Shown here: piece after piece, positions 58,980-64,000 of the stretch
Position numbering within the stretch: position 1 is the first letter of the stretch
How the letters are laid out: the number at the start of each line of letters is the position of its first letter
IMG/VR virus record: IMGVR_UViG_3300015214_000033
Location: 4,604-68,603 of that record
DNA: 64,000 nucleotides
Source: a virus
Lineage: Duplodnaviria > Caudoviricetes
Strand: one strand, 5' to 3'
Translations under genes and position numbers: made by a program
The notes under the pieces: generated by a model
The model's input: the letters and a program-made list of their open reading frames with translations, nothing else
Told to the model about the DNA's origin: nothing
The model's database searches: none

Positions 58980-60050
58980 ATGATAGGAAGAAATGATTTC
59001 GATTTATTAGTACCCGGAAAAGGACAAAAAGGTCAGAGTCAAGGTCAAGGTGGAGGTAGTTTACCGAAAAATGTACTTCCATGGCCACCACAAAGCCAAG
59101 ATGATGAAAGTGGAGGCGGTGAAGGCGGTGAAGGTGAAGGTGAAGAAAAAGAAGGTGGAAAATCGCAAGGAAGTGGTGCTAGTGGAAAACAACAAAAACC
59201 TCAAAAAGGTGAAGGAAACTATTCAGCAGGTAAAGCTGAAGATGTTAAACAAGGAGAAAATTCTGCAGGAGCGTTGGGTGTTGCTGGAGCAATTACACCT
59301 GAACTTGGACGTAAAATACAAGAAGCACTTGGAGTTTCTCCAAATAAATTAAGTAGAGATGCAGTAGAAAAAATTGCTCAACAAGCAGCTGCTCAATTAC
59401 CGGAAGGTAAGAAAGGACAACATGGCTCTGAAGCTGGTTTATTAAAACGTAGAATTGCAGAATTATATGCACCACAAGTGGATTGGAAACAAGCAATGAA
59501 AACATTTGTTGGTAGAGCATTAAGCCCTGATAAAGTAGTACGTTTAAGAGATAGACGTCATCCTGGTTTATTTACATCACAAGGTCAGAAAAAACATGAT
59601 GCACTAGAAAAAGTAGTGTGTGCAGTTGATACCTCTGGTAGTATGGGAGATAGTGAATTAGCAATAATTTTGACTGAAATTAAAGCTATTGTAGAACAAA
59701 AGAACGTTAAAGAAATTGATATAATTTATTTTGATACTAAAATAGCTCCTTTAATTAGATTAAAAGGTAAAGGTGCCGTTAAAAAATATGATGGCAAAGG
59801 AGCAATTGGAGGCGGTGGAACTGAATTTAAACCTCCATTAGAAGAAATGAATAGATTATACAAAACAGAAAGTTTTGGAGCTGCTGTATTTTTAACAGAT
59901 GGAGATGCAGATTTAGATTTACCAAAACCTCAATATGCAGATAAATTTATATGGGTTATTATTGACAACCCTACATTCAAAGCTCCTTGGGGATTAAAAG
60001 TAATTCACATCACTAAACAACATTTAAAAGATATTTCAGATAGTATTTAA
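58980..60050 (+). CDS. VWA-domain protein with a Gly/Glu-rich N-terminal linker
   Basis: AVDTSGSM (MIDAS), GGGGTEF and FLTDG. Confidence 0.85.
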   Translation: MIGRNDFDLLVPGKGQKGQSQGQGGGSLPKNVLPWPPQSQDDESGGGEGGEGEGEEKEGGKSQGSGASGKQQKPQKGEGNYSAGKAEDVKQGENSAGALGVAGAITPELGRKIQEALGVSPNKLSRDAVEKIAQQAAAQLPEGKKGQHGSEAGLLKRRIAELYAPQVDWKQAMKTFVGRALSPDKVVRLRDRRHPGLFTSQGQKKHDALEKVVCAVDTSGSMGDSELAIILTEIKAIVEQKNVKEIDIIYFDTKIAPLIRLKGKGAVKKYDGKGAIGGGGTEFKPPLEEMNRLYKTESFGAAVFLTDGDADLDLPKPQYADKFIWVIIDNPTFKAPWGLKVIHITKQHLKDISDSI

Positions 60051-60070
60051 CAAACATAAATGATATAATT

Positions 60071-60331
60071 ATGACAAACATTGAAAAAGTAGCAGTAGAT
60101 TCAGTATTAAGTTTATTTATTGCTAACAACAAAGAAAAACTAGAAAGTTTAGAAGTAGTAAAAGAAAATTTTAAATTTGCTAAATCTGCATTAGGAAATG
60201 CAATAGGAGAATTAACCGATAATTTAAAATCAGATTTATCTGACATTATTGATGAACTTTCTCCAGAAGCAATCGAACATATAGAAACAACTCTAAGCAA
60301 ATCGCTAGGTGTTCCTACAAAAATAAAATAA
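60071..60331 (+). CDS. Hypothetical protein
   Basis: 86 aa ORF. Confidence 0.5.
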   Translation: MTNIEKVAVDSVLSLFIANNKEKLESLEVVKENFKFAKSALGNAIGELTDNLKSDLSDIIDELSPEAIEHIETTLSKSLGVPTKIK

Positions 60332-60339
60332 AATGAAAA

Positions 60340-61371
60340 ATGGATATTAAAAAATTTAATGAATTTGATGATGAACTGAGCGAAATGGCCAAAGTATATC
60401 CTTCTGGTTCATTTGTTAAAGTTGTTGGAGATATAGACGGTATAACAAGTACAGGTAGACTTAATGTTGGTTGTGGTACAAATTTTGCAAAATTTGTATC
60501 TATATTTCCATCTCAAGGAACAGATGAAGAAGATGGATATTTTTACATGGAAATTATTGGATCTGCAAGAGCATTCTTAGAAGGTAAAGTTTTAGTATGG
60601 AATAATAACATGTCTAAAAATCCATTATCTGCTGGTGGAGGTAGAACTACTAGAGATTCGGAAATTAGAATATCTATTGGTTTAGCTTCTCAACCAGGTA
60701 TTGAATGGAAATATATTCAACCAAATCTTAAAGAAATTCAAGATATGCGTGGAAAATCATTTTTCTTTTCTGGTAATGAAACATCTTTAATGGATACTGT
60801 AGGAAAACAAAAATCAGTAGACAGAGGAACATATTATTTTTCTGGAAACGTTATAAATTTCCAGTTAACTAAAGTTCATAAAGAACCTGTATTAATGTTA
60901 CAACATAAAGATATTAGCAAAGAAATTGTTTTTGTTAAATTATCTGATGTCTCATCATTAAAGGGAGAACTTGATGAGAAACAATATGAACATATTGCAA
61001 CATGGTTTTCTAAACAATTAAATATTAAGTTTACATGGGATAATGACAGGAAAAAATTCAACGTTAAAACTGTGTGGTTAAAATCAAATAATGAAAGTTT
61101 TGCAGATGGAACTAGCTCTTCTAAATTTGGTCCATTTTTCACAGAAAAACAAGCTCAAGAAGTATTAGATTTCATAGAAGAACAAGATCAGATTAATTTA
61201 TTCAAAAGTTTATCTGTTGATGTAGAAGAATCAAACTGGGGTATTACAAGAATGACTTTTGATCAACTTATTAAATTTGCAAAAGCAAATGGAGTTGAAT
61301 TTGATGCAGATACAGTATTATCAGGTGGCGAAACTCGTGTCAAAATGGGTAGATTGAAAAAAGGGTTTTAA
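60340..61371 (+). CDS. Hypothetical protein with a CTS-like leader and a C-terminal MGRLKKGF motif
   Basis: N-terminus MDIKKFNEFDDELSE; C-terminus ETRVKMGRLKKGF*. Confidence 0.65.
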   Translation: MDIKKFNEFDDELSEMAKVYPSGSFVKVVGDIDGITSTGRLNVGCGTNFAKFVSIFPSQGTDEEDGYFYMEIIGSARAFLEGKVLVWNNNMSKNPLSAGGGRTTRDSEIRISIGLASQPGIEWKYIQPNLKEIQDMRGKSFFFSGNETSLMDTVGKQKSVDRGTYYFSGNVINFQLTKVHKEPVLMLQHKDISKEIVFVKLSDVSSLKGELDEKQYEHIATWFSKQLNIKFTWDNDRKKFNVKTVWLKSNNESFADGTSSSKFGPFFTEKQAQEVLDFIEEQDQINLFKSLSVDVEESNWGITRMTFDQLIKFAKANGVEFDADTVLSGGETRVKMGRLKKGF

Positions 61372-61394
61372 ATTTTTAAATTAAGTATAAATTG

Positions 61395-61421
61395 AAAGGA
61401 GATCGAAAGGTCTCCTTTTTT
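61395..61421 (+). terminator. Rho-independent terminator
   Basis: AAAGGAGATC-GAAA-GGTCTCCTTT followed by a T tract. Confidence 0.85.
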
Positions 61422-61452
61422 ATTTCCAATTTCCATGTGTTATATTCCTACC

Positions 61453-62239
61453 ATGGAAATAAAAAAAATCTAAATCTTTCGACAATGGTAGTGTATATTG
61501 CCTTATATTAGATGATGGCAAATTAATTGAGACTACTGATACATATTTACCCTTTTATACAAAAGATGCAATAGGTAGAAAACAAAACACATTAACTACA
61601 TATGAAACTGGCGATCGTTCTGAGAGATGGATGATTGGAGTATCTGTCATGTCAGGATGTCCTGTTCGATGCAAATTTTGTGCAACTGGACAAATGAAAC
61701 GCTGGAGAAATTTAACCGCGAAAGAAATTGTCGATCAAGTTTTATTCATTTTGGATAAAAACCCAGTGTATGATCCGAAAAATTCAAAAGAGTTTAAAAT
61801 TAACTACACCAGAATGGGTGAACCATTTCTTAATATAGATGCAGTAAAAGAAGCTATTTATATTATTGATGGTTTAATTCCAAATGCTCACCATTACATA
61901 TCCACAGTTGGTTTAAAAAACAGCGATTTCTCGTGGATCAAAAAAAATGTTACCTTACAATTGTCACTACATAGTCTCGACGAAGAACACCGTGATTGGC
62001 TTATTCCTATGGGAGGGAAAATGTCAATTGAAGAACTTGGTCAAGTAAGAACTGAAAGTGATTTAAAAACAACAATTAATTTAACATTAGTTGATGAATC
62101 TGATTTTGATTGTAACAAAATCGTCAAATATTTTAATACTGAACGTTTCTTTATCAAACTTAGCCCGATTAATATAAATGAAAATTCAGACAATAACAAT
62201 TTAGGCAAAGGAGTAATCAAAGGAGTAAATTTAGTATAA
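61453..62239 (+). CDS. RlmN/Cfr-like radical SAM protein (frameshift near the start, A8 61461-61468)
   Basis: SVMSGCPVRCKFCATG (CxxxCxxC), RMGEPFLN, ISTVG and LQLSLH; the upstream frame is open from ~61469. Confidence 0.75.
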
Positions 62240-62526
62240 ATGGAACAAATTAATACATTAGATGAAGCTGTAAAATATCTCATTCCAAACTTTAAAGGAA
62301 TGGAGAAATATTTCGATGAAAAAACAGAAGATGAATTTGCTTCATTTTGTCATTCACAATTGAGCGGGGAATTGGGATGAGAATTCGTAATGAACTGAAT
62401 TTATGGGACGACAATAAACTAAACAAACATTTTAAAGTCGTTCATAATTGCAATCATCCAGATGACATGTCTGATTTAATAATTAGACAAATTTATAAAG
62501 TACAAATAAATGAAATAATTATATAA
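62240..62526 (+). CDS. DUF6794-like protein, frameshifted at G4 62366-62369
   Basis: Joined reading gives GIGMRIRNELNLW...HPDDMSDLII. Confidence 0.5.
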
Positions 62527-62527
62527 A

Positions 62528-63576
62528 ATGAAAGAATTTTTAGAAATTGAATTTTTTTCTAACACAATAGAAACATGGCTAATTGTGTTATCCATAATTT
62601 TTGGAACACTGACGTTTGGAAAATTATTAGCAAAACTTGTGAAAAATATATTTGCTAAACGTGCAGAAAAAACAAAAATAAAATTGGATGACATTCTCGT
62701 TAAAAATTTGAAAGATCCTATTATTTTGTTACTCATGATGATTGGTAACTGGATAGCAGCAGATGTATTAACTATGTCTGATGATATTACACATATGATT
62801 AACAATTCTTTAAAGTTTGCAATCATATTAAATATCATATGGTTAATTACGAGAGTATGTAATTCTTTAATAGAAGAATATATAATACCACTAACACATA
62901 AAACTGAAAGCGATTTAGATGATCATCTCATACCTATTGTCAAAAAGACTATTAATTCTATATTATGGATTATAGGCTTCATTATGGCATTGGACACGAT
63001 TGGATATGATGCTGGAGCACTTATTGCTGGGCTTGGAATTGGAGGTATTGCATTAGCAATGGCTGCTAAAGATTCTATTTCAAATATTTTTGGTGGATTT
63101 ACAATATTTACAGATAAACCATTTAAAATGGGTGATAGGATTAGAGTGGGTGGATATGACGGAACCATTGTTGAAATAGGTCTTAGAAGTTCACGATTAA
63201 AAACACTTGATGGAACATTGGTAACTATTCCTAATTCAAAGATGACAGACTCCATGGTAGAGAATGTTACTAGAGAACCTGCACGTAAAATTGTAGTTAA
63301 CTTAGGATTAACTTATAATACATCTCCAAAGCAATACGAGTTGGAATGAAATTGTTAGAAGATATTGCAAAAGGTAATGATAGTATAAACGATGATTTTG
63401 CAATTGGTGTCAATGAGTTTAAAGATTCGTCGATCAATCTTTTATTTGTATATTTTATTAAAACAGGAGAAGATATTCTTAAAACATTAACTGACACAAA
63501 TTTAGCAATATTAGAAAAATTTAATATGGCTGAAATTGAATTTGCATACCCAACTATAACTGTAGAACAAAAATAA
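62528..63576 (+). CDS. mscS: Small-conductance mechanosensitive channel; one gene split by a GG/GGG frameshift at 63343
   Basis: Transmembrane helices, LAMAAKDSISNIFGG, PFKMGDRI..G.DGTIVEIGLRSSRL and IPNS; the second ORF supplies the C-terminal domain. Confidence 0.85.
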
Positions 63577-63581
63577 AAATT

Positions 63582-63836
63582 ATGTTTTATACACCAGAAC
63601 AAAAAGGATTGTCACAATCAGAAATAGATGAAATTAATGAACGTCTATGGAAAGAAGCCAAAGAAACTGCAGACAGGCATTGTCCAGATTGTGGTGTTGC
63701 TCCCGGTGAAAATCATTTAGAAAATTGTGATGTAGCGAGATGTCAACATTGTGGAGGTCAACGATTTTCATGTGATTCAGTTGATACATGGGATGGTCTT
63801 TGGCCGGGAGTAAAAGAATGTTACGAGAAAAATTAA
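63582..63836 (+). CDS. Small Cys-rich protein
   Basis: CPDCG...H...CDVARCQHCG...C. Confidence 0.55.
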   Translation: MFYTPEQKGLSQSEIDEINERLWKEAKETADRHCPDCGVAPGENHLENCDVARCQHCGGQRFSCDSVDTWDGLWPGVKECYEKN

Positions 63837-63968
63837 TATGTTTTGATGATTGTCCAGGATTTCATGTTGGATGGTGTTCGGATGTACCATTAAGAGAAAT
63901 TCTAGAGGACATCAAACCAGTATACCAAATAAAAGATGTAAAAATCGATAAATAGTCATACATAATTC

Positions 63969-63996
63969 AGAAAGGGAAGCTGAAGTTTCCCTTTCT
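63969..63996 (+). terminator. Hairpin, probable terminator at the window edge
   Basis: AGAAAGGGAAGC-TGAA-GTTTCCCTTTCT. Confidence 0.6.
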
Positions 63997-64000
63997 TATG

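Noticed and set aside
63297-63576. Separate 76 aa gene after mscS
   Set aside because: It is the MscS C-terminal domain; adding one G at 63343 joins the two ORFs.
2414-63602. Minus-strand ORFs in the supplied track
   Set aside because: Almost all are antisense shadows of well-supported + strand genes, with no recognisable motifs.
1-64000. Stop-codon reassignment (TAG or TGA read-through)
   Set aside because: Long conserved genes are intact in the standard code, and TAA, TAG and TGA all end genes at sensible positions.
1-64000. CRISPR array, tRNA genes, reverse transcriptase or DGR
   Set aside because: No regularly spaced repeats, cloverleaf or RT motifs were seen by eye. A tRNAscan or CRISPR-finder run would be needed to exclude them fully.

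Overview
AT-rich 64 kb segment of a large T4-superfamily (jumbo-like) tailed phage. All credible genes are on the + strand in the standard code. The A-rich, SD-less starts and the thioredoxin and CobB styles suggest a Bacteroidota host (inference). The window holds replication and recombination genes (PolB in two genes 11 kb apart, gp45-like clamp, two topoisomerase II subunits, UvsX/RecA, DnaB/gp41, gp47/gp46, DinG-like helicase), nucleotide metabolism genes (dUTPase, NUDIX, thioredoxin, 5'-nucleotidase, guanylate kinase, intein-containing class II RNR) and morphogenesis or late genes (gp15, gp55-like sigma, gp4, gp2-like, gp20 portal, divergent gp23 and gp21 paralogues). It also carries two tnpB-derived remnants and several homing endonucleases. 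The standout system is 'fractured' genes. UvsX/RecA is encoded as THREE separate ORFs that must be joined by two naturally split inteins. The middle ORF is IntC-14 aa-IntN and supplies only the L2 DNA-binding loop. SbcC/gp46 is split in its Walker A motif by an atypical short-IntN split intein. A free-standing endonuclease sits in each of the three gaps. About 12 accessory ORFs start with a T4 internal-protein-like capsid-targeting leader, among them an encapsulin-type ferritin, a WYL protein and a MoxR-like ATPase. Two recurrent promoter-like motifs were read directly (GATATATA and TGAAC-N16-TATAA). Several single-base homopolymer frameshifts may be assembly errors. All product calls come from motif recognition by eye; no searches were run.
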